From positions 1 through 53,487 of IMG/VR virus record IMGVR_UViG_3300031028_000001: a stretch of 53,487 nt of DNA; one strand, given 5' to 3'. Each line of letters begins with the position of its first letter. Position 1 is the first letter of the stretch. The notes beneath the pieces were generated by a model that was given only the letters and a program-made list of their open reading frames with translations, was not told the DNA's origin and did not search any database. Below are positions 29,001-38,150 of the stretch, in pieces. The translations under genes and the position numbers were made by a program. The stretch comes from a virus (Duplodnaviria > Caudoviricetes).

Positions 29001-29177
29001 GTGCAAGGGATCTTCGATGAACCCCTTGACGCCTTCCGCGAATTTATCGAAGCCGGGGTGTTCGCCGAGGTGCTGGGCTTTATCTTCGATCGATTGAAGC
29101 GCAGCATTCACCCTGGAGGTTGAGCCGACAATCTGCCCGTCTTCGAGGATCAGTTCGATTACAGTTTGCTTAGGCAC
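26025..29177 (-). CDS. Tail tape measure protein
   Basis: 1050 aa, helical and Ala/Gly-rich, downstream of the tail chaperone pair. Confidence 0.85.
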   Translation of the reverse strand: MPKQTVIELILEDGQIVGSTSRVNAALQSIEDKAQHLGEHPGFDKFAEGVKGFIEDPLHSAGEAMEGILQKMGPWGAGVAAAFSVITVGAEQAVEAMEKFASLGVQTQNVTLKTGLLTREVGEFAFAAKAVGSDITIVERLMRGLTMAIEGTDEKSAKARETLRGMGVDVAGLRDGTASTSDTLKTLSEHLSAMTNVWERNQIMLELFKKSGIEAIPFIMKLSEELKVAHEMGFGLTDDEQAKFMKYQEQLELVSAEWDKLKREMMEPISAVISLVIGDGKGNLVEQVKHAVMNWAVPGWGTPSGILGSLPGADIYVGAKNAATSAVGAALGGAGGFYGTTTPANGLPSLWNALMGDNSLNLAAPGGVVKPGYAAGFMSQLGPIPAAYTTRAQDEEAYSHTLIGAQENLAQATKDAKTAHTNYTDGALKDLPALRVKWDEAKEAVIQYKNEVDSLKEHTKIDKDAVLKLPANYDAAAYAFHRSIIPSLYGPEMAGLNYSDMAYGDMNTTIAAGRSTGNLALYRGMAGFGDTNTFDREEIEKRVSGIEKNAGQDVQLAGAQHSLAMVGHEPDGEVALAQQELDIRMKALKNELDLKRARSDLFDMAKEQYDYDNRAQTARFDFEEKILELRKQEAEQAQKDADTFGKLVVDFSNAAETGGHRGISQFFRGQAHGLEDTMIGNVASTAFKNLGSALIPHMPEGPLGDLLKGTPFAPKSSDSKLLQDATLDNTLATRDNTAAVRAMAMSRSGGGGGLVPGGVPGAAMTSGGGYDSMGVPIDNSSADALGMSSLTPSWAGSSGAPDLSSSAYFSMPAAAALASTLGASPAVAAKLSGMMALSAKLRSVSATTGGFMTGVGQGMSDPLGMLFGSTGPNGGYEGTLTTSQGIGAGIGIAGAGMGVYSGISQMARGGAHNDLAGVGTTLMAIAPLTGPAAPFVEGAGMAASFVSMILGDPRLQRGTQITNWAAQDAYTGPDPVSYARSMSGGTVGTDMFGNSRAVGNQTTITIHAMDSDSFNTFLQNHPTQLDAGMYNVVQNGSKSVPALRQALLGG

Positions 29178-29688
29178 TGGTGTCCATTACGTTGCCGGCG
29201 ATCAGCGCGGCGCCCGCGGCGCGCCACATTTGGGACGCCACGATCATCCGAGTGGCCATGTCCTGGTAGGACTTCGCCACGACCTCATTGACCTTCGCCT
29301 CGTCTTTTGGCGAGAGCGCAAACATCTCGCAGCGCTGTTGATTGCCGGCCAGCTTGCCCTTCTGATCATCGGTCGGACTGATCACAATCCGCTTGGCGGT
29401 GGCCACCGTGACCCGGAGGGACTGCAGCATGGCTCCGGTAAGGGTCCAGTCACGTATAGCCGGCCGGCCGGTCCGCATCTGTTTTTGCACCACGTAGGAC
29501 GCGCCGCCGCGCCGCGGCCGAATGGCACAGAGGGGCTTGGCCGGCTGGTCGTTCGCGTCGGAGGCAGCCTTGATGCGATCGCGCACCACGTTCAGCGCGA
29601 TGTTGCCTACGGCGACACGCTGCGCGCGAGTGAACAGCGGAGCTTGAATGCGGACGGCGCGCTTGATTGTGATTTTGAACCCTGCCAT
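29170..29688 (-). CDS. Basic virion morphogenesis / tail completion-like protein
   Basis: DWTLTGAMLQSL motif; position in the tail module. Confidence 0.55.
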   Translation of the reverse strand: MAGFKITIKRAVRIQAPLFTRAQRVAVGNIALNVVRDRIKAASDANDQPAKPLCAIRPRRGGASYVVQKQMRTGRPAIRDWTLTGAMLQSLRVTVATAKRIVISPTDDQKGKLAGNQQRCEMFALSPKDEAKVNEVVAKSYQDMATRMIVASQMWRAAGAALIAGNVMDTSA

Positions 29689-29689
29689 T

Positions 29690-30139
29690 TCAGTCTCTCG
29701 AGTTGATCGCTTTCATGCCGGCGTAGTGTTCCGCTTTGCGCGCCAGCTCAATTACTTCAACCGCATCCGCATACCAGCACGGCCACTTCGAAGAGTCGGC
29801 GCCATACAGCACGCCTCCGCCGCCTTCGCGCACTACCCGCGCGGAGTCCACGGTCTGCATGAGTTGCAGAGTGTCGATGGAAATTAAGCCGACCGGGCAT
29901 TCATTGGTTTCCACGTCGACGTAATATTCGATCTGGTTCTTGCCGCTTCCGGCCGTATAGCGCGCTTCCCAGCAGCGGCCGCGATCGGGATCCATGTCCG
30001 CGGCGTGAAACTTGCGGCAGTTGCGCGTCAGGTCGTCGCCGCGCTCGCGACAGTCTCCGCAATCATAGGTGAGGCCGCCGGCTCCGGACTCGCTGGACCA
30101 CCCGCCGGAGGCTCTGAAGTGCCAGCTAACGTTAAATTT
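29690..30139 (-). CDS. Tail assembly chaperone extension (gpT-like), reached by -1 frameshift
   Basis: The -1 frame is open from the slippery site through YDCGDC into ORF 29690..29995. Confidence 0.7.
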   Translation of the reverse strand, partial: KFNVSWHFRASGGWSSESGAGGLTYDCGDCRERGDDLTRNCRKFHAADMDPDRGRCWEARYTAGSGKNQIEYYVDVETNECPVGLISIDTLQLMQTVDSARVVREGGGGVLYGADSSKWPCWYADAVEVIELARKAEHYAGMKAINSRD

Positions 30140-30660
30140 TCCTTCTCCGTGTTCGTCAGGCCGAGCTGGCCGGTGATGGCTTGCGCCATCTCCTGGTAGA
30201 GATCGTCGGGCCCGGCGTCGATCAGTGACTCGGCGGTGGCCGGTACTCCATCAATATCCAGGCCCGTGATCTCCTGCAGGAAGAACTTCACCATATCCGG
30301 GGTGCATTCCCGCGCATCGTATTCTTGCGCTTCCTGGGTGATGGTCATGATCTGTTCGAGCTTGTCTTCCGGGAATTCGATTTTGATCTTGGACTTTTTG
30401 GTGGCCTCTTCGCGGGTGAGGCTTTCGGATTCCATCAGCGCTTCGATTTCCGGCCGCGCTTTCTCCCGAGCAGCTTTAACGGCGGCCTGGTATTCGCCAT
30501 CGAGCGGAAGGCGGCGCTTGTAGATCTCGCGCAGCGCTTCGAACTTTTTCGCCATCTGCAAATTGAACGCAAGCCGGCGCTTGACGTTGATCTTCAGCAG
30601 GACGAAGACCACTCCCGGCATGGAGGTCGATTTAAAGGTTCTCCGCGATTCGTAGTTCAT
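30028..30660 (-). CDS. Tail assembly chaperone (gpG-like)
   Basis: Lies between the tail tube and tape measure; carries the slippery site. Confidence 0.75.
   Translation of the reverse strand: MNYESRRTFKSTSMPGVVFVLLKINVKRRLAFNLQMAKKFEALREIYKRRLPLDGEYQAAVKAAREKARPEIEALMESESLTREEATKKSKIKIEFPEDKLEQIMTITQEAQEYDARECTPDMVKFFLQEITGLDIDGVPATAESLIDAGPDDLYQEMAQAITGQLGLTNTEKENLTLAGTSEPPAGGPASPEPAASPMIAETVASAATT
30133..30139 (-). promoter_or_regulatory. Programmed -1 frameshift slippery heptamer A AAT TTA
   Basis: X XXY YYZ pattern in the correct frame near the end of the chaperone gene. Confidence 0.7.
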
Positions 30661-30667
30661 AACCGGG

Positions 30668-31684
30668 TTAGGTGATCACCAGCACGAAAGCGTCGGCCGA
30701 ACCGATCGTGGTGTCGTGCGCCTTGCCCATGAACTTCACGGTCCGGCGCGCCTGCTGTTTGTCATAGGTCGGCATGGTGACGCGGCAATTCTTCAGCGTG
30801 TAGGTCCAGATGTTGCCGGGGATGGTTCCGATCTGGTAGCTGATGCCGATGACCGGGCCCAGCGGATCGCTCGCCGCTGTTTTGAGAGTGTTTAAAATCG
30901 TCGAGTCATCGTCATAGAGTTCGGCCGAGGAGGCGACGGAATACAATCCGGCGCCGGGCGCCATCGGGTATACCGAAAAGCCGTCTTTCTCCAGCTCGCG
31001 CGCGAGCGTCACGTCGATCGAGCCGGTGCGCACGGTGGTGAAGGCGTTGCCGTCGAGCGTGATCAGCCCGGAGAAGCCTTGCGGCGGCGCGCCGTTGGTT
31101 ACCGGGGCGCTGGGCTGTACCGGGAACGAGGCCAGGCCGCCGGGCGCGATCGTGTCGGTATTCGTGTCCGCCGCCTGGATGGTGTCATAGACCCACATGC
31201 ACTCGCCCGAGAAGCTGAGCATGGGGACGTCGCCGCCGAACGAAGTACTGAACTTACTGCAGAGACAGCCCAGAGCGGCAAATTGAGCGGCCGTACCGGG
31301 GTTGTTGTAATCGAAGACGGTGGCCGTGGGGCAGCCGATCTCGTTCATCGTGTAAGTCACCGAGGTGCTGGCGACGGCGACGGAGGCCTGGCCGAAGAGG
31401 AGCTGCAGGAAGACGTCGCAATCCGGCTTGATGCCTTTAACGCCATTCGCCGCGGCCGAGAGTGTGGCGGACCAGGTGGCCGAACGCCGTCCCATGATGC
31501 CCAGGATTTCGCCGAATGCGCCGGTCTTGTCGGGGCGCACGATTTCGGGGTTTTTCGCGTCGCCGGAAAAGGTGGTGATCAGGCAGCAGTCGCTATCGGA
31601 GGGGGCGCCCGCCGGCGCGATGCCGAAAGTCGTCTCGATCGCGGGATAGACCCGCTGCAGCCTGGTATAAATTTGGTTTGCCAC
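30668..31684 (-). CDS. Major tail tube protein
   Basis: Position, size, and motifs such as E.TFG and IG...GNIWTYTL. Confidence 0.75.
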   Translation of the reverse strand: MANQIYTRLQRVYPAIETTFGIAPAGAPSDSDCCLITTFSGDAKNPEIVRPDKTGAFGEILGIMGRRSATWSATLSAAANGVKGIKPDCDVFLQLLFGQASVAVASTSVTYTMNEIGCPTATVFDYNNPGTAAQFAALGCLCSKFSTSFGGDVPMLSFSGECMWVYDTIQAADTNTDTIAPGGLASFPVQPSAPVTNGAPPQGFSGLITLDGNAFTTVRTGSIDVTLARELEKDGFSVYPMAPGAGLYSVASSAELYDDDSTILNTLKTAASDPLGPVIGISYQIGTIPGNIWTYTLKNCRVTMPTYDKQQARRTVKFMGKAHDTTIGSADAFVLVIT

Positions 31685-32008
31685 TTAGATGGCCTCCTTT
31701 TGCTCAGGAACGTTTTGTTCCGGATCGACAGGCGGGGACGCCTGTCCCACAACTGCGTTGGCCCTCAGCTCGTGCAGCACGGTGAGGGCGCGCTTCTTTT
31801 GCTCGGCGAAGTCTTTCGCTTTGGAATCCACTTTCCCCTCGGGAAAGATTTCACAGAACGCCGCGTCCGGAATCGCGGTGATGCCGCGCTCATGCAGGAC
31901 GTTCGGGAGCTGCGCTTCCGTCAGTTCGAACTGTTGACCGAACTTGGTGAGCCTCTGTGGGTTGGGGCCGAGAATCAATGTCTGCGTCCCCAGAAAACGA
32001 TAGGTCAT
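31685..32008 (-). CDS. Hypothetical virion protein
   Basis: Coupled ORF in the structural operon. Confidence 0.65.
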   Translation of the reverse strand: MTYRFLGTQTLILGPNPQRLTKFGQQFELTEAQLPNVLHERGITAIPDAAFCEIFPEGKVDSKAKDFAEQKKRALTVLHELRANAVVGQASPPVDPEQNVPEQKEAI

Positions 32009-32541
32009 GACGTAGTTACCTCGAATAAAAGTTGAAAATGCACGGTAGCGATCGCGCCATCCTTAAACCAGGCCCACTCCGTGTTCTCGATGCGCAGGGC
32101 GTGGTTATACCAAACGTCTCCGCCGTTGATTTCGGAGTCGCGGCCGTTGAACGTCTCGACCAGCGCGGTTTTGATGGCGTCCAGGTAGTCTTCGCCGTTC
32201 GCCAGATCGGCGAGCTGCGAGACGGCGACCCAGCGGTGAACTTCCCCGGCGACTGTCACCGAACCGGAGAAGGTGTTGGGATGCTGCCAGTTCTGGTCTT
32301 CCAGTTCATCCGACCAGATGGCCATGCAGCTCGTGGCCGGCTTCAGCAGCTTGAAGAGGTCTTCGCGGGCGAGCTTGGCCTGTACGAAGGTGATCCCCGC
32401 GTCCGATTCGCCGGCGAAGTCGATGGTGAAACTCGGAACGTCGAAATCGGTGGAGGCCTGGTTCAAGTTCGCCTGGAAGGTAGCGGTGAGGCCCGTTGTG
32501 ACAGCCTGCCGCGCGGCTCTCGATATTTGGAGACTGATCAT
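32005..32541 (-). CDS. Putative tail terminator protein
   Basis: Acidic, upstream of the tail tube; positional inference. Confidence 0.55.
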   Translation of the reverse strand: MISLQISRAARQAVTTGLTATFQANLNQASTDFDVPSFTIDFAGESDAGITFVQAKLAREDLFKLLKPATSCMAIWSDELEDQNWQHPNTFSGSVTVAGEVHRWVAVSQLADLANGEDYLDAIKTALVETFNGRDSEINGGDVWYNHALRIENTEWAWFKDGAIATVHFQLLFEVTTS

Positions 32542-32546
32542 GGGGC

Positions 32547-33071
32547 CTAATGCGACACGGCGGCTGCCCGCAGCGGCTCCGCGTAGAAGATCTCTTCCTG
32601 TTCGAGCTTGAGCCCGTAGACTTTCATCTCTTCGGCCGGTAGATCCGTCTTAATGAGCTGCTTGTTCGGCTCCGGAGGCGGGATGCGCTCGAACTTGTCG
32701 CCAAAGACGGTATGCAGCGCCGCGAGCACTGAATGCCAGGTCCACTTTTTGTTGAGCAGTTTCAGCGACGGCGGAGTGAGACGCATGCCCATGACTCCGC
32801 TGGCGAGCTTCAGGATTTTCGCGCCATCCTTCTCGATCTCCGCGGCGTGCGTCAGGTAGTACTGCCGCAACTGCAATTCGAGTGACTGCTGATGACTGGT
32901 AATCAGCTCGATCGACGGCTGATACATCCGGTTTGTGTCGCCCATCAGCCTGTCTCGCTCGGCTTCCAGTTCCTCGCGCCTGGTCGAGTGCCGTAGCAGG
33001 CAGCTCATGGCCTCTTCGCATTCGGCGAGAGTTTTCAATTCTTCAAGCTGTGGTTGAGATTTTGGTTTCAT
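32547..33071 (-). CDS. gam: Mu Gam-like host-nuclease inhibitor
   Basis: Long N-terminal helix, then KILKLASGVMGMRLTPPSL ... EPNKQLIK ... GLKLEQEEIFYAEP, resembling the Mu Gam family. Confidence 0.75.
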   Translation of the reverse strand: MKPKSQPQLEELKTLAECEEAMSCLLRHSTRREELEAERDRLMGDTNRMYQPSIELITSHQQSLELQLRQYYLTHAAEIEKDGAKILKLASGVMGMRLTPPSLKLLNKKWTWHSVLAALHTVFGDKFERIPPPEPNKQLIKTDLPAEEMKVYGLKLEQEEIFYAEPLRAAAVSH

Positions 33072-33391
33072 GGAAAATTCTTGTTGAGGATGAGGCGGTA
33101 ACCGTTCCCCACTTTGTCCGCGGTGACATCGTTGACGTAGTAGGCCACGCCGTTCAAGATCACCGTCACGTAGCGGACCGGCGCGAACGGAAGCTCTCCC
33201 GGATTCGCGCCCACGGAGACGAAGAAATCACAGAAGTAGCCGGGCGCCTTGGATTCCGGCATCCCGGACGCGAGGATGATTCCCTGGATCTGCAGCGCGG
33301 GACCTGTCGGCGGCTGGTACGTCGCCGCGGTCCCGAACACACCTATGGCGCCCGCGTTCAGGGTTGCCAGGAGACTGGCGAAGTTGCCCAC
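33068..33391 (-). CDS. Head-tail joining protein
   Basis: Follows the capsid gene; FG..ATYQP motif; GTG start inferred. Confidence 0.65.
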   Translation of the reverse strand: MGNFASLLATLNAGAIGVFGTAATYQPPTGPALQIQGIILASGMPESKAPGYFCDFFVSVGANPGELPFAPVRYVTVILNGVAYYVNDVTADKVGNGYRLILNKNFP

Positions 33392-33399
33392 GGGGAGGC

Positions 33400-34461
33400 T
33401 CAGATGGTCAGCTTCTGAATGACCAGAGGCTTGAGACAAATCGGCAGCGGATTGGACTGACACTCCATCTCGATGCCCTTGTCATAGTTCAACGGTCTCT
33501 GTTTCGAATAGAAGGGCAGGCCTTCCGTGTTGACCGTCTCCATGTAGTCGGCAGGCGCGTAAAAGGTCTTGAAGACCGAGGTCCCGAGCGGGAAGAGATA
33601 GGAGGAGCCGGCATCGATCAGCGGCTGGCTGGCGCCGGTCGAATCGGTTACGGCGCCGGTATAATCCACCCAGGTGACTCCGCCGAACACAAAGCCGCGC
33701 ACGCCCTGATTGGTCATGCCCGCGGCGTTGGGCTGCTCGTTAGTGCCCGAATAATCGCCGGCCAGGTTCTGCCCGTTGTTCTGGTAATAAGTGAAGGCCA
33801 CCTTCACGTTGGGATGCGAGACCAGCGCATCGTAGAAGGTATCCGAGCACAAGCCGATAAACTGGGTCATCAGCTCGCCGCGCAGGTTGAGCAGCGTCAC
33901 GCGCTTCTGTTTCGCGATCGCGCCCATGACGTCGGTCGTCGAGGTAGCGAGGGCCAGCGAAGTGACCGCTTGAGTGAGCCCGAAATCGGAATAGATGTTC
34001 AGGATGGTATTGCCCAAGCCGTCTGCCACGATGCCGCCCTTGAGCACGCCCAGGCGCATCCACTCGAGAGTTTGTTCGAGCTTGAGGCGCATTTCCTTCA
34101 TCTTCTTGCCCAGGAGCCATTGCGCGTCCTGGACTTCGTCGGAGCCAGGCCGGCGGCGCCCCTGCAGATCCCCAGCGAGAATCTGATCGTTGATGGGGAA
34201 GTGCGGCAGGTTATAGCTGCGCGTGCGCGCGACGTTGGTCTTGTTGGCCACGCCCGGTCCGCCCCAGCGGGATTGCGGGAGCAGTTGGTTGGTGATGGGG
34301 TCGAAGTCCACCGCGACCATGCGCTGATTGACCCCTTCGTCTTTGAAGAGGCCCATGGCGCCGAGGCGCCCGTATTGCGGCGTTATGTCGTTGATTGCTT
34401 CAGTCAGGGCGACCACGCCGAAAGCGTCCTGAGTGAATACGTTGAGAATGTCTACAGCCAT
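33400..34461 (-). CDS. Major capsid protein, lambda gpE family
   Basis: LTEAIN..P, TLEWMRLGVLKGG, ETVNTEGLPFYSK, QSNPLPIC.KP. Confidence 0.92.
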   Translation of the reverse strand: MAVDILNVFTQDAFGVVALTEAINDITPQYGRLGAMGLFKDEGVNQRMVAVDFDPITNQLLPQSRWGGPGVANKTNVARTRSYNLPHFPINDQILAGDLQGRRRPGSDEVQDAQWLLGKKMKEMRLKLEQTLEWMRLGVLKGGIVADGLGNTILNIYSDFGLTQAVTSLALATSTTDVMGAIAKQKRVTLLNLRGELMTQFIGLCSDTFYDALVSHPNVKVAFTYYQNNGQNLAGDYSGTNEQPNAAGMTNQGVRGFVFGGVTWVDYTGAVTDSTGASQPLIDAGSSYLFPLGTSVFKTFYAPADYMETVNTEGLPFYSKQRPLNYDKGIEMECQSNPLPICLKPLVIQKLTI

Positions 34462-34502
34462 TTGGATTGTCCTTAAGCGAAGAGTTTTGAGGCGTCGGTT
34501 AC

Positions 34503-34910
34503 TTACACGCCGAATGCGGTTTCGATCTTGATGCCGAGTGCGAGAAGCTGCGTCGCAACGGTGGCGATCTGTCCGGAGGTCATGCCCGCGGTATAGACCA
34601 GGCCGGTCGATTTCACGACGGCCGGGCCGCGGGTGAGCACGTTGTACTGGTTGGTCGACAACGGCGAGACACTGCCCAGCGGGAGGGTGATCGGTTCGAG
34701 TAGAATGCCGGCGACGTTTTGCGTGCCGTCCGAAGCGGCCGGCGTCAGTTGCGTGTATTGCCCCGAGGAGGTCTGCATTCCCAGGACCTGGCCGATAACG
34801 CAGGCGGGAATACCGGCCTCGACAGTGACAGTCGAGACGACGTAGTTGACCTCTTCACCGGTCTGCCATAGCAGGACATCGCCGATGCGGGGATCTTCGT
34901 AAATAAGCAT
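34503..34910 (-). CDS. Head decoration protein, gpD-like
   Basis: GQVLG...G.YT.L.P.ASDGTQ..AGIL motif, between protease and capsid. Confidence 0.85.
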   Translation of the reverse strand: MLIYEDPRIGDVLLWQTGEEVNYVVSTVTVEAGIPACVIGQVLGMQTSSGQYTQLTPAASDGTQNVAGILLEPITLPLGSVSPLSTNQYNVLTRGPAVVKSTGLVYTAGMTSGQIATVATQLLALGIKIETAFGV

Positions 34911-34911
34911 G

Positions 34912-36507
34912 TTAGTTTTGTTTCTCCTTTCGCCCGCAAAGCGCGGCGATGACTTCCTTCCAGGGCTGTGCCTTGCCCGTGGGTTTCGTGCCTTTGCCGG
35001 GCTTGAGTGCATCGGCCCCCGGCATTACAGAACTGTTCAGCTCCGGCCCGTTTTCCGCTACCTTGGCGGCCAGCAGTTGCTTCCGCACGTCTTCGGCGGA
35101 GGTGTTCGAGCTGATGAATTTGGCAACCAGCTCCGGCTTGCCGGCGATGGCGCACATATCGACGATGGCGCCGATCTCGGCACGGGCTTGCTCGCGCGCG
35201 GCGGCGCGGACTTCATCCGGAATGGCGGTCTCTGCAGCTTGGAGCGGCAGCGCGGCGGCCGCGGCGGATGCGTCCAGGTCCATCAGTTCCGGGACTTCCT
35301 TGCCGGCGTCTTTCAGGTGCGCGGCCAGGTGGTCATGCACGCCCTGTCGATCGGCAGCGGGCATGGCCTTCCCTTCGGGGCCGTTCAGCGCATCGATGCC
35401 GGCCTTGGCCCCGGCCAGATTGGCGGCGCCTACTTTGCCGTCGTCGCTGACATTGTGATGCGGGAACTTGTAACTCGCCTTGCTGTCCGGATTCCCGGCG
35501 GGGTCTTCCCAGGCGTGCGCTCCTTGGAGCGGTTTCTGCTCGCTCGGAAGCCGTTTCACGTTCTCGGCGGCGTCCCAAGGGGCGTCCGAGGTTGCGGTAT
35601 GGTGTTTCGCGATTGCTGACATATTCATTCGTTCCTCTTGTGCGGCCTTGGCCGCGGATAGTGTCTTCTTGTTGGTCTGTACGGCGCGAGTGACAAGGGC
35701 CAGAGCGTCGGCTGGGGTGCCCACCGCATCGGCGAAACCTACGGCCACGCCGGCTTGTCCCGTGTAGGTGAGTGCCTGGGTCTTCTTTACGGCATCCGCG
35801 GTCATGCCGCGGCCGCGGGACACCGACGCGACGAAAAGGCCGTAGACCGCATCGACTCTTTCCTGCATGCGCGCGCGGGCGGAGTCAGTCAGCGGCTCAT
35901 GCGGGGTGCCGTCGTTCTTGTGATCGCCGGCGAAGATCGCTGTGTACTTGAGGCCGGCTTTCTGGTCGGCGCCCGACTCATCCAAATGCAGCAGCATGAC
36001 TCCCACGCTGCCCACGCCGGCGTCGCGCGGCACGATGATCTGATCGGCGGTCGACGCCAGAAGGTACGCCGCGGAATAGGCCGATCCGGCGAACGCGCAG
36101 ATGGGCTTGCTGCCACGCGCGGCGAGCATGGCGTCGGCCAGGTCGAACATGCCCTGAACTTCCCCGCCAGGCGAATCGATATTCAGCAGGATGCCGCGCA
36201 CCGAAGAGTTATCGACGGCGCCGAAGAAGTCGCGCGCGATCTGCGAGTAGCTGGTCAAGCCGGAGGCGGCATCCATGCCGGTCGACTTACTCACCAGCGT
36301 GCCCTGAATGTCGATGGTGGCTACGCCGTCCTGGTTGATATTGGAGGCTTTGGCCCTCGGCGGGGGATCGTCGTCGCCGTCCCACATGGCGAGATCTCCA
36401 CCCAGCAGGCGCGGGGCGACCGCGGCCACGATCACATCGAGCTTGCCGCGCTCGATGGCGAGGGGAACGCCGAAGATGCGGCCGGCTAATCTGGGGAGTG
36501 CGATCAT
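34912..36507 (-). CDS. S49 capsid maturation protease (gpC-like) with nested scaffold region
   Basis: ILLNIDSPGGEV, AYSAAY, GSVGV; internal AGAGGA-ATG at 35628 suggests a Nu3-like product. Confidence 0.92.
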   Translation of the reverse strand: MIALPRLAGRIFGVPLAIERGKLDVIVAAVAPRLLGGDLAMWDGDDDPPPRAKASNINQDGVATIDIQGTLVSKSTGMDAASGLTSYSQIARDFFGAVDNSSVRGILLNIDSPGGEVQGMFDLADAMLAARGSKPICAFAGSAYSAAYLLASTADQIIVPRDAGVGSVGVMLLHLDESGADQKAGLKYTAIFAGDHKNDGTPHEPLTDSARARMQERVDAVYGLFVASVSRGRGMTADAVKKTQALTYTGQAGVAVGFADAVGTPADALALVTRAVQTNKKTLSAAKAAQEERMNMSAIAKHHTATSDAPWDAAENVKRLPSEQKPLQGAHAWEDPAGNPDSKASYKFPHHNVSDDGKVGAANLAGAKAGIDALNGPEGKAMPAADRQGVHDHLAAHLKDAGKEVPELMDLDASAAAAALPLQAAETAIPDEVRAAAREQARAEIGAIVDMCAIAGKPELVAKFISSNTSAEDVRKQLLAAKVAENGPELNSSVMPGADALKPGKGTKPTGKAQPWKEVIAALCGRKEKQN

Positions 36508-38150
36508 GGTTTTGGTTTGCCTTTCCCGGGCGCGGGGCTCGGAGGAGCGCCGGGCGAGTCGGGCGGGGCCGGCTCAGTTCCAGCCAGGTCCTCGTTCTGT
36601 CCGGGAGGAACAGTCTCAGTAACGCGGGAATTGCCATACACCGGCACAATGCCCAGCAACTTTTCGCGGTCGTGATCGCGCTTGATGGCCGCGTCGACCT
36701 CTTCGGGCACGTCGCCTCTTGCCGCTATCTTTGCCTCGCGGGAATCCAGGCAGGATTCGATTTCCATCCTGACGGTGGTCACGTCTTTGACTGGATCCAC
36801 ATACTCCCACGGCTGCGCCAGCCATTCGACATTCAGATACTCTTCGGGATGCTTGCGGTAATCCTTGGCGTCGATGACACCAGCCAGGGCCGCGGCATCC
36901 AGCCAGGCGCGCCATATCGGGCGGCAGACCTGCTGCTTCATGACGGCGTGCTGGTACTGTTTCCAGATGCGGCGCAATCCCATCAGGCGGATGCGCGCGC
37001 TCGAATAGTTGACCTGGTTCATGTCGCCGGTCAACTGGTCGTAAGAGACGCGCAGCGCGGTGGCGATGGTCTGCTGCTGCACGCGCATGAACGCCTCGTA
37101 GGTGTTCGTGACTCCGGGGTGGGAATAGAAATCGAACTCTTCGCCGGCGTTGGCATCGAGCATGGTCATGGTGCCCGGCTGCGCTTCGACATAAGCCACG
37201 CCGGCGGGAGCTTGGTCGTTGGCTACCGTGGTCAACTGGGCGAGCTGCGGATCGTCCGGAGTGAGTGACTTCTTCCAACCGAACATGTAGGCGCCCAGCT
37301 TCTGACGGAGACGCTCGGCATCGTCGTAATCGTCCATGTCGGCGAGCTGGATCAGGATAGGCGCAAGCGAGGTAATGCCGCGGATCTGATTGCCGCGCAG
37401 AAACTCCATCACGTGCAGCACGCTCGGCGAGGGGATGCGCACGACTTCGAAGGCATTCGGCCAGATGGTCGAATCGCCCGGATGGTCGCGATAGAAGTGA
37501 TAGGCGACGCGCCGGTGGATCTGATCGAACTCGATGCCGGCGCGGACCAGGTTGGTGGGCGACGACATTTGCCCCGACATCTTCCAGAAGGGCAGTTGTT
37601 CGGGCTCGATCAGCTCGAGCTGCAGGGGCACGCGGAGGCCGATGGGCGACAAATCCGCCGCCATCCTGGGGCGCAGGCGGACGAAGGCCTCGCCGGCCTC
37701 CACCACGTTGCGGCAGACGAGCGATTGCAGCAGGTAGAAATCCTGCAGGCTGTCGGAATTGCCGTCCGCCCCGATACGGCGCGTGGCGGAGGCCTGCGGG
37801 ACCCAGAGGCCGAACTCCTTCTCGAGCAGTTGCCGGGTATCGGTATCGGAGTGCCGCGAGTGCGGACGGAGGCCCGTGCCGATGACTTCGGCGATAAACG
37901 CCGTGACTCCGCTGGCGGCCAGGGGATTGTCCATCACCGCCTTGCGCGCGCGGGCGGTGAGGAGGGGGCCGTCCGAAAGCGCGAGCGAGCTTACGCCGCG
38001 GGTCGAGCTGCCGATGGTAACCGTGCGGCGGCCCATGGCGGCGCTGTTGTAGCCGGACGTGCCGGCGGGATAGATGTAGGTGCTGGGGCTGTTGGCGGTC
38101 AGCCGGCCGGTGAGGGCGCGCCCGAGAGTTTTGAGGTACTCGCTCAACAT
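36504..38150 (-). CDS. Portal protein, lambda family
   Basis: AGIEFD..RRVAYHFYRDHPGD, QIRG, LTGD..QVNYSSAR, VDPVKD. Confidence 0.93.
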   Translation of the reverse strand: MLSEYLKTLGRALTGRLTANSPSTYIYPAGTSGYNSAAMGRRTVTIGSSTRGVSSLALSDGPLLTARARKAVMDNPLAASGVTAFIAEVIGTGLRPHSRHSDTDTRQLLEKEFGLWVPQASATRRIGADGNSDSLQDFYLLQSLVCRNVVEAGEAFVRLRPRMAADLSPIGLRVPLQLELIEPEQLPFWKMSGQMSSPTNLVRAGIEFDQIHRRVAYHFYRDHPGDSTIWPNAFEVVRIPSPSVLHVMEFLRGNQIRGITSLAPILIQLADMDDYDDAERLRQKLGAYMFGWKKSLTPDDPQLAQLTTVANDQAPAGVAYVEAQPGTMTMLDANAGEEFDFYSHPGVTNTYEAFMRVQQQTIATALRVSYDQLTGDMNQVNYSSARIRLMGLRRIWKQYQHAVMKQQVCRPIWRAWLDAAALAGVIDAKDYRKHPEEYLNVEWLAQPWEYVDPVKDVTTVRMEIESCLDSREAKIAARGDVPEEVDAAIKRDHDREKLLGIVPVYGNSRVTETVPPGQNEDLAGTEPAPPDSPGAPPSPAPGKGKPKP

